Shown one piece after another: positions 32,686 through 45,693 of a stretch of DNA of 64,000 bases (the first letter of the stretch is position 1; every line of letters begins with the position of its first letter). Made by a program: the position numbers and the translations under genes. Below the pieces are notes generated by a model. That model saw only the letters and a list, made by a program, of their open reading frames with translations, did no database searches and was not told the DNA's origin. The DNA is from Macrostomum lignano (taxonomy: Eukaryota): assembly GCA_002269645.1 (NCBI GenBank), contig NIVC01002059.1:219322-283321 (forward strand). The letters are read 5' to 3'.

Positions 32686-33713
32686 TCAAATGTCCCGACC
32701 ATTATTAGCATGGGTAAAGCCGTTAGCCAGCTGCTGATGCTGATGGCCTTGGCGAGTTTCGAATCCGTCAACTGACTCGCCGTCGCCCTCGTCGTCCGTG
32801 GTAACGTAGCCGTTGGTGACGATCTCCGGATAGGCCGGGGCCAGCATCTGCCTCATCTCCGGGTCTTCACCGGCCAGGTCCAGTGGCGTCTCGCCGCGCT
32901 GACAGAAAGGGGAAGAGGATTGTCAGTTAGACAAAATAAACAGGAAATTACTTGTTTAACAAAATAAATCTCTTGGGGTAAACTTTGCAAATCACCCCAA
33001 TTAAAGGCATAACCCCATAATTACAAGCAAAACACCCCCATTAAGAGCAGAACACCTTAGGTAACAGCAGAACACCTCAAGTAAAAGCAGAACACATCAG
33101 GTAAAAGCAGAACAGACAGACAACAATACACCTCAGGTAAAAGCAGAAAATTCCTATGAAAAGCAGAATACCTCAGTTAAATCAGAACATCCCAATTAAA
33201 AAAGAGCATCCATAATATAAAATCACAAAACTCCAATACTCCAATCAGAAGCCGAACATCTCAAATGGAAAGCACGTTACAAAGATTGGGACCAGAAAAA
33301 CGAATAGAAGCGGAATATTGCAGCTAAAAGCAGATTCTCACGCACCATGGACTTCCTCTCCGGATTGGCCCCGTAGCTAATCAGCAGTTCCACAGCCGCC
33401 TTCGCTTCCCGATTCACGGCCCAGTGAAGCGCCGTCCAGCCCGACATGTCAGCGGCGCCAACATCGGCTCCGTGGTCCAGCAGGCACTTGGCTAGCGGCA
33501 GGTGGCCGTGGTAGATGGCGAACATCAGCGGAGTGAAGTCGGCCTCGCCGCGAGCGCCCGATCTCGGCGGCTGGGATCGATCATCGACGCTTAGGCCGGG
33601 ACAGCGGCTGAGCAGGCACTCGGCTATGTCCACTAGGGTGCGATCGAAGCGTGACCTGGCGGGGAGGTGGCGGTGCCGTTAGCTGGCCGACTGGGACTGG
33701 CAGACAGACACTC

Positions 33714-33767
<54 letters not shown>

Positions 33768-34652
33768 CAAGACAGGCGGACAGACAGACAGACACTAAGA
33801 CAGACAGACAGACAGACAGACAGATGAAGACAACAAGACAGACAGCTAGAGTAGTTAAACACTCAACCCCTCTCCAATTTACCTGTCCAACGGCAGGGCC
33901 GCCGGTCCATTAGAAGTCGGCGGCGCGATCGGTGCCGAAGAAACACTTCGGGTGGCAGTGTCGCCCTCTGCGTCAACAGCAGATTGCTGCTGCTGGTTGC
34001 GCGCGGCGGCGGCGGCAGCGGCAGCAGCGACGGCGGCCAACGCGTCCTCGCCGTGGCCATTGCCGGCGGAATCGCCGTTACCAGAGGCGGCGGCGGCAGC
34101 CTGCAGCTCGGCCATGACAGCGGCGTACACAGGCGAGTTGGCCTGGTCCAGACAGGCCGTGCTAACCCGCTTGCCGTTCTGACAGATTTGACTCTTTGGC
34201 GCCGCCCGGCACAGCTCGTGCAGGCAGTTGCGGCCGTCGTTATTCCGGTGCAGGAAGTCGCACCTGGCGTCCAGCAGGCAGCGCACAACGGCCGGCTGGC
34301 AGAAATAGCAGGCCATGATGAGGGCCGACCAGCCTCTCTCGTCTACAGCGCTGGGATCGGCGCCGGCTTTCAATAGCATTTGAACAATTTCATCTTGGCC
34401 AGTCATAGCGGAATGGTGCAGCGCAGTGTGCTGCTTGCTGTCGCGAGCGTCGACCTGGCAGCCGGCTGACAGCAGCAGGCGGACAATCTCTGGCTTGCCC
34501 TGGCTGGCCACGTGGATGGGGCAGGACTGGTGCACGTGGCTCACCCAGTTGACATCGATGCCGCCAGATTCTAATAATTGGCGAACTTTCCATTCGCGAC
34601 CGTAGCTGCAGCACTCCCAGAATGCCTCCTGTTTGGTGGCAGCCTGGCCCAT
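32686..34652 (-). CDS. Ankyrin-repeat protein, ~430 aa, 3 coding exons, putative N-myristoylation
   Basis: Exons 34652-33883, 33655-33346 and 32898-32686 are in frame. Ankyrin repeats: CPIHVASQG, TALHHSAMTG, SALIMACY, TPLMFAIYHG, TALHWAV, TPLDLA. N-terminus MGQAATK. Confidence 0.92.
33700..33845. repeat. (ACAG)n microsatellite in the ankyrin gene intron
   Basis: Direct observation. It reads (TCTG)n on the transcribed strand, just upstream of the acceptor. Confidence 0.95.
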
Positions 34653-34807
34653 GTTGAGCGAATTGGCTGAAATGATTATATAGTATTATTGCTTACTAAG
34701 AGTTTTTAACAAACAGTTTGATGCGAAAGCATAATTAAGAACAAACAAATAGCCAAAAAATATATTTAAGGACACTCGCGAATTTATTCAATTTTGCTTT
34801 AGGGGAT

Positions 34808-35075
34808 GGCGCCAACTCACAGACAGGCAGACAATGTCTAAGCGGCGCCAACTCACAGACAGGCAGACAATGTCTAAGCGGCGCCAACTCACAGACAGGC
34901 AGAAAATGTCTAAGCGGCGCCAACTCACAGACAGGCAGACAATGTCCAAGCGGTGCCAACTCACAGACAGGCAGACAATGTCTAAGCGGCGCCAACTCAC
35001 AGACAGGCAGACAATGTCTAAGCGGCGCCGACTCACCGAGAGGCAGACAATGTCTAAGTCGCGCCAACTCACAGA
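34808..35075. repeat. 36-bp minisatellite (~7 copies)
   Basis: Unit GACAATGTCTAAGCGGCGCCAACTCACAGACAGGCA. Confidence 0.95.
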
Positions 35076-37338
35076 CATTCCATAGCCCCTAGCCGCAACC
35101 ATGCCTGGATCCAACCGCTACAGTGGAGCAGTATAGTGCGCAAGATGCACATTCGATGCGCTAAGAGAGCTAGCGATGATTTACCAATTTAACCGGCTTA
35201 GTTGCCATGACAACAAGCAAAAACAACAGGAAGTTATAACAACTAGCCCACCCATGCGATAGGACAGATACAAACAGACAGATTCAATGCCTATAGAGTC
35301 TTGCATATTATTGCACTGGCACAGATTCGCACTGCATAAGCACTGCCTGCGGCACCTAGAGAAAAGCTGACTGCGCAGAAACTCGCAGAAACTATATAAC
35401 ATATGTATCTGGCTAGAGATAGAGCGACAAATAGGTAGAGTTAAATGGCTAGAGCTAAATGGCTAGAGCTACTAGCAACTGCCGAGGTTAAGATTTATCT
35501 TTAAACTAGTAGGCTATAGGGGGCCTTTGGCAAGACAAGATGCTCGAACGGATTGGGGCCACAACTGAACACATTTATCACGTGCCTGGCCGGGGGGGGG
35601 GTGGGTTAACTGATATATTTCCGCCGCTTTTAACAAATTGTTACCAAATTGGTACAACCGTACATCGCCACCTGAGCTCTCAATTGGGGAATTTTCGGCT
35701 CCTTTTTCGGATTCAATAACGGCATAGGTTAAAACACAAAAATGATAACCCAATGCGCAATGCAGAAACTGCACAATATTAGGCAATATTTTTACTTGAA
35801 AATTAACTGCGCCGTAACATTTAAAAGAACTTGCAATAGCTCGTAATATAAATTAACTTACGAAGATTTCTAACGTCAGCACCAAGACTAATTCCAGACT
35901 CTAATGCCAATAGAAGTGTATTCTGAATCGAAATGTAATATTAAAAAACTCAGTCTGAGGCGTAACCAAATCACTGTTTATCTTCGCCGTTGTACACAGA
36001 GAGAGCTACCCAATATTGGCAAGCAGACAGGCACTTTATATAACAGAGGCAAGTCGGTGAAGAGGGGGTTGGCTGCCTACTGCAGCTGGGTTCGCTCAGC
36101 TTTTAGCTTTAAATATTCTTTCATTTTCTGTCTGTCTATCCGAGGGGTCAGGAAGGAGACATGCTGATAGCGACAGCCAATGACGAAAAATTCGGCAGAA
36201 CTTTAAAGATTATACAAGCTACGAAGTAAAATTATAAGCCTGCTTCTCTTTCCATTTTTACGAACACTATTGTGTTGTATACAAACTATGAGGCAGCCTA
36301 TAGACCTGTCTTTCTTTAACACATTATTCTTTCATGCCACTGTACTCACACGAAGACGGCCGAAAATGAGAACAATTAAATATGAAGCTCAGTTAAAGCG
36401 GTGCATTTAAAAAAACAGTACTATTTTTCTTCGCTATCTATACCATATCAAAGCAAGCCCCCGCGCAGAAATTTCCATATTCGTCTACAAAATCAAGCAC
36501 TTCTACTTGGAAATGAAAATAAACAGAAATGGGCGTGATAGGTGGTGAAAAATAGAGTAGAGCATAATATATCCATACATTCTAGTACAGAGAAATATAC
36601 GCAATGGAACGCCATTTGCTGATGTGCGTGCATGCATGGCGGCATTTACGGGTTCAGTTTCTATAAACTGCACTGCGCACTCCCTGCATTACTGCAATCA
36701 TTTGCAAGCCAAGATATGGTATGAGAGGATAGATCACTACAGTATAGATGACTTTCCGGTTTCGACTGGAAAGCATGCCAGTTGGATGGATTTACACGAG
36801 AAGTGCAGCTTAAGCGCAAATCGAACTAATAATCATAAATAGGACTGACTATACTGCACCGAGATGTGCCAAAAACGGAAATTGGTGTTGAAAAGTTCAT
36901 TGCAAAGGGGAAAACAGCGCTCAGTTTGCACTCGTCTAAATTTTTCCCCAAAAAGCACTTGGAGGCCAAGCCGAACTAAATGGGAGATCTAGCCATGCCC
37001 ATCGACCACTCTTCAATCAAGTGAGCAAGAGCAATTTATCATCAAAAGAAGAGAAAGCAAGAACCGCAAAAGAAAAATACTGGATTAAAGCCAGTCAACT
37101 ATGCAGCAAACCGAATGCGGAGACACGCTCAGTACTCTGAGGATTTCACTAACCGAATTATTGGTAGAAAGCAACGCTAGTTATGGACCTCGGCGGACAA
37201 GTCATGTGACGCGTGGGCGGCGAGAACACTGAAGTTCAAGAAGAGGTCAAGAAGACCTATAAGAGATGCACTCACTGCGGTCACTGGTCGAAGGCCCTAG
37301 ATACTAAATCTTAGGAAAAATTGACCAAGGCGAGTTAT

Positions 37339-38283
37339 TGACAATCAACATCTGGGAGAGGAACTCATTGGTGAATCTTATGGACAATCAACATCTGGGA
37401 GAGGAACTCATTGGCGAATCTTATGGACAATCAACATCTGGGAGAGGAACTCATTGGTGAATCTTATGGACAATCAATCAACATCTGGGAGAGGAACTCA
37501 TTGGTGAATCTTATGGACAATCAACAACATCTGGGAGAGGAACTCATTGGTGAATCTTATGGACAATCAACAACATCTGGGAGAGGAACTCATTGGCGAA
37601 TCTTATGGACAATCAACATCTGGGAGAGGAACTCATTGGTGAATCTTATGGACAATCAACAACATCTGGGAGAGGAACTCATTGGTGAATCTTATGGACA
37701 ATCAACATCTGGGAGAGGAACTCATTGGTGAATCTTATGGACAATCAACATCTGGGAGAGGAACTCATTGGTGAATCTTATGGACAATCAACATCTGGGA
37801 GAGGAACTCATTGGTGAATCTTATGGACAATCAACATCTGGGAGAGGAACTCATTGGTGAATCTTATGGACAATCAACATCTGGGAGAGGAACTCATTGG
37901 TGAATCTTATGGACAATCAACATCTGGGAGAGGAACTCATTGGTGAATCTTATGGACAATCAACATCTGGGAGAGGAACTCATTGGTGAATCTTATGGAC
38001 AATCAACATCTGGGAGAGGAACTCATTGGTGAATCTTATGGACAATCAACATCTGGGAGAGGAACTCATTGGTGAATCTTATGGACAATCAACATCTGGG
38101 AGAGGAACTCATTGGTGAATCTTATGGACAATCAACATCTGGGAGAGGAACTCATTGGTGAATCTTATGGACAATCAACATCTGGGAGAGGAACTCATTG
38201 GTGAATCTTATGGACAATCAACATCTGGGAGAGGAACTCATTGGTGAATCTTATGGACAATCAACATCTGGGAGAGGAACTCA
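37339..38283. repeat. 43-bp minisatellite (~22 copies)
   Basis: Unit AACATCTGGGAGAGGAACTCATTGGTGAATCTTATGGACAATC. Length variants occur only at the left end. Confidence 0.97.
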
Positions 38284-40716
38284 ATCGAGTGGCAAACCAA
38301 GACGACAAAAACGATAGCGTCTAGTTTAGCTGAACTTGGGCTTACTAAATGTTGGAAAGTTGCTGCATTGGTTTGTAGTTTTTTTTTATTTAAAGGGGCT
38401 GCAAAGGAAAGTGTATCTCTATAGCTTACAATCATTTTAAAGCGTTTTATTTCGATAAAAATACCCCCAGGTGGAGAATGCGCAAATTCAGGAAAATAAG
38501 CACCAGGCATGTGTTGCGGTGCCTAGAAAATGTCCCAGGCTCTTTCGCAGGCATCGTTTTACAACGGGATCAATTGAAAAGAAAGTCACGTACTTCCCTG
38601 CTACAGTCAAACAGTGAATCAATGTGAATAAAATGAAAATGTTGCTTCCCCCGATCTTACCTTCAGTAGTGCCAACTTATATAGTAGCCTCCAATGGAGC
38701 TGAGAGAGCTGTATTGAGCAGGATTAGCTAAGCTATTTGGCTGGATTGTATATTCTAAATTGGAAGAAAATGAAAGGAAAGGGAAAGAATACACAGAAAA
38801 AGTGACTACACACTTTTTAAAGTGACTATGAAGAGAGCGGGAGATTCATATATAGTTATAGGGGAAGCGCGCTGAGAACAGCTGACTTGCTGCCGTCACC
38901 GTCTCCTCTCCCCTATCTCTGATTGGATCGGAGTTGAGCCCCTGCGTGAGTCAGAGTCACGCGCGCTCAATGCACACTGAACTATAGAGAGAGCCACGCT
39001 AGTACCGGTAAGTGAGCTGTTGTGAGACAGCAACAGCAGCATTATATACAATACACTCCGCGAACATGGTCCGAGATACGTTGCCAAGAACCCAGACCCA
39101 GACGGAAGTGCCCAGTGATGGACAACACCAGGAGGAAGACCGGCATCACGGATATGGGCGGCTTATGCGCCATGCCCGAGGAATGCCGGGCCCTTTGGAA
39201 CGAGTTCCGAATACGGGCTAAAATGAAGAGTGAATAGGGCTGTGGTACGGCAACGCCAACAACAACAACAACAACAGCAGCAGCATTTTTTGAGCAGCTG
39301 GGTGCATGTGGCTCAGCTGTATTACCCCCACTCCCCCTGGGGCGTGGCAGGACGCAGGATAGAGAAAGCCGCAAAAGAAAAGAATTAAAAGACACGGGAC
39401 AGCCTAATGAGGGATTAATTTTCTGTCTTTAAAGACGCTAATTATATTCTATTAGTAAGAGAAGAATCCTTCCCGCAGACATTGCCCATAAATAATAAAA
39501 AATATGCGCCCTTACACAATATTTTTAGAAAGTGAGTAATTTCAAAACCATATAGCTAGAAGCTGTTAGATTAAAGGAAACAAACACACATTCTAAATAG
39601 CCAAAAAAAGTTCAAAGAGTCCTGCTATTACGCTTCTGCGCAAAGCTAAAATATCAAATTAAAGGGAAATAAGCTGTAAAGCTACAGTCTGTGATGAGGA
39701 GCAGACACAGACAGGGAGCTGAAAAAATCTTATATATATAAGACAAAAAACACGCAATAATTTGCATTACTTCTGTCGCACTAGCCATGCGGTGGACGCC
39801 TAAAATTTATATCTAAAAAAATGAGTGCACAGCAACACTGCGGGAGAGAGAATTGAGTAGTATAGTGCACGCGCACTAAGATTAATGCCCGGCCGCCAGC
39901 AGTAAGCCAGTAGAATACACGTCTGCGAAGAAGATTAATCAGAAGACTATCGTCTAATCTCAGGCCCCGTGTCTCCCAGGGTTCGGAATTTCCTTCGCAA
40001 TCTTCCCCATTACCTACTGGAAAGTTTCCAGAGAGACTCAACCATCCAAATGGCGGCTTTCAGTCTCTTAAGCAAAAGCCGGTCCAGCAACAAAGGCGGC
40101 GGCCAGGGCCAGGTAATCTATCGCGCTCCGCTGGGCATCCTATTTGATGAATAGCGGCTTAGTTATTAGTTCGACTACAGCATCCAGCGATTCATTAAGG
40201 CATTCTGTCGGGCAAAAGCAATCAAATTCTTCTCTAGAAGACCACAATATCATATTAGAAAAGCTTCGGTATATTGCATAAAAAAGTCTATCATGCTCGA
40301 ACTGCTCTACTTACAAGAACAAGTAGACTAGAAAGAATTAACATCAGGTTACAAAAAAGGGTTATTGGATCGGCTATAACATTATGCTGAATGCTGAAGC
40401 ACAAAGAGCTTTCATTGACAGCTCTTTTGACATCGGATCTGTAAGTATCTGACTGACATGGCATGCATGCATTCAGTCAATATGATTAATCGGCTGAAAT
40501 CTAATATCTATTCTTCTAGACTAATCCGATGGACAGTTCTTACTCGCAGTGTTCAAAGGGACAGTTATCCCATTACAATGACGAGTCTCAAGAGATATGA
40601 GCAAATAGATTAGTACAGCCAATCATAGAAAAGCCGAGAGTAAATAAAATCTAGAGAAATTATCATCTGGATTCATCGAACTATCAGTTTCAGCAATACC
40701 ACCTTAAAGAGCAGCA

Positions 40717-41067
40717 ATGGTGCTATTTCTACCTCAAACAAGTCGGCAAAGCTTCAAAAAATGCGACAGAAACCTTTATTGCGCTTGTCAGACTCTCATA
40801 GTGCTAAGCTGTTTGGTTCTGGCAGCCACAGCAGCTGGTATGACAGCCATAGCGCTGACTGTCAAGTCGCCTTACATGGGACCGGAGGCGCGCCAGTTTG
40901 TGTACTATTTCCGCCTAATTGGATACACAACTATCGGAGCCTGCAGCTTGGGCTTGTTCATTGGCTTAACCTGCACTTGGCGAGCAGCAGTGAGAAATCG
41001 AGTCCGACTGCATGTGGCCATAGTAGAGGATGATGACAATGATGTCAATGGCATTAGTAATGCCTGA
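40717..41067 (+). CDS. Small two-transmembrane protein of unknown function, 116 aa
   Basis: ATG ORF with two hydrophobic helices (LIVLSCLVLAATAAGMTAIAL; LIGYTTIGACSLGLFIGLTC) and an acidic tail. Acceptor TTTCAG at 40693, and a possible non-coding first exon ending at CCG|GTAAGT (~39007). Confidence 0.65.
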   Translation: MVLFLPQTSRQSFKKCDRNLYCACQTLIVLSCLVLAATAAGMTAIALTVKSPYMGPEARQFVYYFRLIGYTTIGACSLGLFIGLTCTWRAAVRNRVRLHVAIVEDDDNDVNGISNA

Positions 41068-41539
41068 TAGTAGACAGCAATAATGTGTGATTGCAAACAA
41101 GTTCTAATTGTTGTGACTGGGTGATTTCCTAGCTCATTATGGCAGGATAGCCCCAGGCACCACATTTTATTGTCATATGCGCAATATCAAAATATACAGC
41201 TCTTGAGACTTGTACTGACAAGAATACAATTGTCAACTAGTTTAACTATATGTGCAAAATTAATTAGGGCACAATATTCCATCAATGACCCAACTAACAT
41301 TGGTGGTGTTCTTCACTTTTTTGTAACTAGTACCACTACAATAGGCTGAAATAAGTGATAAAATAGTTTGGAGTAAGAAGCCAAGAAATTATACTTTTGT
41401 GTTTAAAGAAATTTTCTGGCTGGCCCTTGCTAGCAAAGTTTATAGATCCAAATTCTAGAATAAAAGCCTTGTTTATATCAAATTATTAGCCTTCCAAAAG
41501 TTTGAATATTATAAAAAACAGAATATAAGTCCAGTCTAA

Positions 41540-42105
41540 AGTTAATTTATCATTGCTATATAGGGCATACTGGAATACTATGAGTAGTGCTTGAGATAGA
41601 GATGGAATAAATATTTAGAATATTTAAAATCGAATTGAATCAACTAAATATTTGATTCTAATCAGAATAAAAAGTTGATCATTTGATTAGTTGCTTTGAT
41701 ATGGAACAATGATTTGAGCAAGTAAAGAGTTGAGTTAGAGTATTAGCATTGTTGCTTATAAATGAAAATAAAGAATTGGAGATGAATAGGAATTAGAGAA
41801 TTAAAGACTAAGAAGTTTGCATTTGAAGAGTTGAGAGTTTTAGGGGCTGTGGGATTGTGGCTCATAAATGAGGGAGGGAATTTAGAATAGGATAACAAGT
41901 GACAATTCTTAAAGAAAAAGGCAAGGGTGCTTGAGCATTTGTGAGTAAATTGTGCTCAGATTGAGTAGTGAGGTTTTAGGTTTTGAGGATTTAGGTTAGG
42001 AGATAAAAAATATAAAAAATTGAGTTTATAGAACATGGACTTGGTGGCACTGATTCCCACAAACTTGAAAAGGTAGGGTTGGCATTTGGTCTAAGTGCAT
42101 TTCAT
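41540..42105 (-). mobile_element. Decayed dispersed repeat (possible LINE remnant), related to 12150-12560
   Basis: Shared segment in inverted orientation. No intact ORF. Confidence 0.4.
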
Positions 42106-42399
42106 TGAACAAGAATTAAAAATATAAGACTATTGGTTGAAGGCTATTAAAGGGAATAGGACTAAATATTAAATACTATAAGCTTCTAACAGTGAATATG
42201 GCTAGACATTTTATAAATTTAATCATTGAAATTCATGGCTTTACCAAAGTGCTTATTTGTGCAAGAGTTTTTCTCAAGAAAATAGCAACAACAAAGTTTT
42301 AGTAACTTGCAATGAATGTGGCAAGAAATTTGCTTATAGCTATTCAAACTTTTTGTGTAAATAACTAGCTACAAAGGAAACCCAGTGATCAAGTCCATA

Positions 42400-43540
42400 C
42401 CTAAAACCTCCTTAAAAAACTCTTCAAATTAGCAACCTTGGGAATTTTCATGTTTGAAAACAATTATTACTAGCAAATTGAAAGCTGTGCCATGGGAAGT
42501 CTGCTTGCCCCTATTCTTGCTGATGTTTGCATGACCCATTGGGAAACCAACAACTACGAGTAGTTGTCCCTTGACTGTGCCCTAAAATTCTATAGGCATT
42601 ATGTTCATGACACTTTTGCCATCCTTGATTACAAAAACAAACTAGACCATTTCTTTGATACTCTTAACTCTACCTATAAAAATATCACATTTATTTTTGA
42701 GACCACTCCTAACCAAAAACTTATATTCCTTGATATTGAAATTGATTTCAATAGTGGTACTCTCTCTACTAAAGTCTCTTGCAAAAACATTTACCAATCT
42801 TATTCTTAACTATCACGCATTGTGTGCTAGATAGTGAAAGTCTAGTTTGATCAAATATTTTCTACAGAGCTTTTACTATCTGCAATATCTAGATCAACTT
42901 TGACCAAGAAGTCAAAACCTTTACCAAAATCTTCAAAAAATGGCTATCTACTTGCTTTTATCCATTACAACATCAAAAATTCATTACCAAAAAGTCAACC
43001 TACAACAAACCACTAAAGCTGAAAACATCCATTTCAGTAAACTGATCATTGTTCTTCCTTTTTAGTATCCTATCCTTTGGTATCCTTGGCACCCTTTGGT
43101 ATCCTTCCTTAAACATGGGATCTATCTTTTATCTTTAAAAGCAAAATCAGCAACAACATGCTTAATATAAAAATCCATATTGTCCTTCAGTCATCCAAAA
43201 TTGATGATTTTATTGGCTATTTGAAGTCACATATGCCATGTACTCTGTATGCGAGTGTTGTCTACTGTTTCAACTGTTTTGATAATCAAAGAATCTCTTT
43301 TGTGGGGAAGACAAAAAGATACTTACAGACTAGAACCAGAGAATACTAGCTCAATTCATCAGCCATTCAAACTCCAATGCATTTTGTTGCTCCAATAGCA
43401 TTCCTAATAAATGCTTTATAATTATTGATCAATGTATATACATCTGACTATAAACTTAAGATTCTTGAGGCCATGCACATAAAAGTTTTGTCTCACAACC
43501 TCAAAACTCAATTCCAATATAGTGGCACAGGCCATTGTCT
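42400..43540 (+). mobile_element. Degenerate 5'-truncated Penelope-like retroelement (RT + GIY-YIG)
   Basis: Broken-frame motifs YY*QIESCAMGSLLAPILADVCMTHWE, FYRHYVHDTF (YVDDTF-like), KLIFLDIEI, VVYCFNC..SFVGKTKRYLQTRTREY (GIY-YIG) and LKILEAMHI. Confidence 0.88.
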
Positions 43541-44061
43541 TTATGTCTTTTAAGTTTTGAGAAAATGCCAACTATGGACTATATTGCTTTGCTAACATCT
43601 TTTGTCCTCAATATGCCTATTGATCTTTAGACAATTTACTATATAGAATAATTATTCATAAAGTTTTTGTTTCACACAAATATTCATTATCATTAACCTC
43701 AGTTCAGTTTTTTTATTCTAATAAAATAAACCTGAAGATGTACCATAGATGATAAATAGATTATGAAATGCTAGTATTAATATATTTACATTGAATAATA
43801 TTAAAAAATTATTTTATCCTTGAAAATTTATGTTCAATTATATATCTAGCTATAGTTATTTTGATACTATAATAAGAATTACATAAGAATATATGTACTA
43901 AAAAAGCTTAGATAAATAAGGCCTAAGTCAAGATGATTTTTATCAACAATATTATATTATTATAAATATAATTTCGATTGAAACAATACTATAGTGCACT
44001 TATTATTTATATTAGGCTAGATTATGGAATATTTTTTTATTTCTGTATCTAATTAATTTTA

Positions 44062-44502
44062 AGCAGTTGTTATTTGTCCGGTGACCAGACGAATAATAAT
44101 ATAGTTACTGTCCGGTTACTGGATCCTGACCATGCTTTCCTATTCATCCAATTAATACCGGACAAATAAACATTTTGTTATTTGTCCAGTTAAATTGATA
44201 ATGCTAAAATATCTAGTTCATAAAAACCACAAGGGTAAATATTCCTAGACTTCAAAGACTTCTTACTCGTATCTTGATTATTATATTGTTATACTAGTAT
44301 GTGTCTTATACACCAAATTATGCTGAATTGAATAGGCCTAATATATTGCTTTGCTTAACACTCTAGTATACAAGAAAATATTAATCAGTAGACGAGAATA
44401 GGTCTATTCATCACAAAACAAATAAGATACTTATGTTAGCAATTTAACCGGACAAATAGCAAAAAGGCTATTCGTCCGGTCATCGGACAAATAACAACTG
44501 CC
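44062..44502. mobile_element. MITE with ~34-bp TIR and a 9-10-bp TSD (Mutator-like)
   Basis: GCAGTTGTTATTTGTCCGGTGACCAGACGAATA / TATTCGTCCGGTCATCGGACAAATAACAACTGCC. TTAATTTTA(A) flanks both ends (44053, 44503). Confidence 0.75.
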
Positions 44503-44772
44503 TTAATTTTAACTTATACCTGTTTTAGGTTTATCAAAAAGCAAACTAGACCATGGGATATAGATACCAAAATGCAATAGGCCAACCAAAAAGCATGGGC
44601 TGATAGGCATCTAAAAGTGTTGATACCTTCTAAAAGCCCATAAAAATCAATTACAAAAATATTAAACATTTAAATTATTAAAGTTTTGTATTTTTTATAC
44701 AAATCAAATGAGATTTATTCAATAGAATAAAAAATAAAATTTAATTTATCAATCTCTTTGTTGGAGTCACTA

Positions 44773-44996
44773 CACCTTTTCACGTTCAATTTTGAACAAA
44801 GTCCAGTTCTAAAAAAACTAGCGGAAATTCAATTCAGACAAATCAGACTGGGGCAACAAACCCCAGTTCAAAACATTCTGCTACAGAAGCGAGGTTTAGC
44901 CATAGACAAAATTGTCCCCAGTCTGAATTGTCTGAATTGAATTTCCGCTAGTTTTTTTAGAACTGGACTTTGTTCAAAATTGAACGTGAAAAGGTG
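44773..44996. mobile_element. Young MITE (224 bp) with ~80-bp near-perfect TIRs and TA TSD
   Basis: TA|CACCTTTTCACGTTCAATTTTGAACAAAG... / ...CTTTGTTCAAAATTGAACGTGAAAAGGTG|TA, with one mismatch in the arms. Confidence 0.88.
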
Positions 44997-45311
44997 TATT
45001 AGGCCTAGGCCTACTAGAATCCTTAGGCCAATAGTTTGATACATATACTGTATTGGCCTAGTCTGAATTTATATATAAAAAATATTCACTATTTTATGAG
45101 GAGGCCTAGCAGGCTTTAAAATAAATAGTGCAGCTGTGCTAAGGCCTAGACCTATCTAAACTATTTTTTAATTAAATTAGTTAAGCAAGGATTGTATTGA
45201 GATAATGCCATAGTTCTATGAGCCGTATATACTAAAAATTAGTAAGTAGCTAAGAATCTTTTTGCATGCAAAGCAGGTATTAATTCGCAGTATCCGATGT
45301 ATGTCCTCTTT

Positions 45312-45693
45312 GAGCCTCTTCACGGCAATCGGTTCTAGAACCAGAATAAATTCGAGTTCTAGAACCAGAACCAGTGTGAAATGAGGAGCTTCGAACCCAT
45401 TTTATGTTTGACAGTATTTACAATTTAATTTTGTCGTTCTTTGACTTTGTTTCCTCTTGGATATGACAAAAAAGGAATAATTATAAAACAATAATAAAAA
45501 ATTGACTATTTCAAATATATTTTACTGTTAAAGTGTAAACATGACAACGGTTCGAGATAATTTTTCGAACCATATTTTAGAACCAGAACCATGTTCCGGA
45601 ACTGATTCTGTTTTTTTCGAACCATTGATATGAAGAGCGACGAACCGGTTCTGAACCGGTTCCGTTTTTCGAACCGGCGATATGAAGAGGCTC
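45312..45693. mobile_element. Candidate non-autonomous TIR element with GAACC/GGTTC subterminal repeats
   Basis: 11-bp TIR GAGCCTCTTCA / TGAAGAGGCTC. Many AGAACC/GGTTC motifs near both ends. TTT flanks both sides. Confidence 0.5.

Noticed and set aside
37339-38283. CRISPR-like appearance of the 43-bp, 35/30-bp (49553-50386) and 23-bp arrays
   Set aside because: Units are head-to-tail with no unique spacers, there are no cas genes, and the context is eukaryotic.
39022-39237. ORF with CAMPEECRALWNEFRIRAK
   Set aside because: It looks protein-like but matches no family I recognise, has no clear splice context, and probably lies in a 5' UTR intron.
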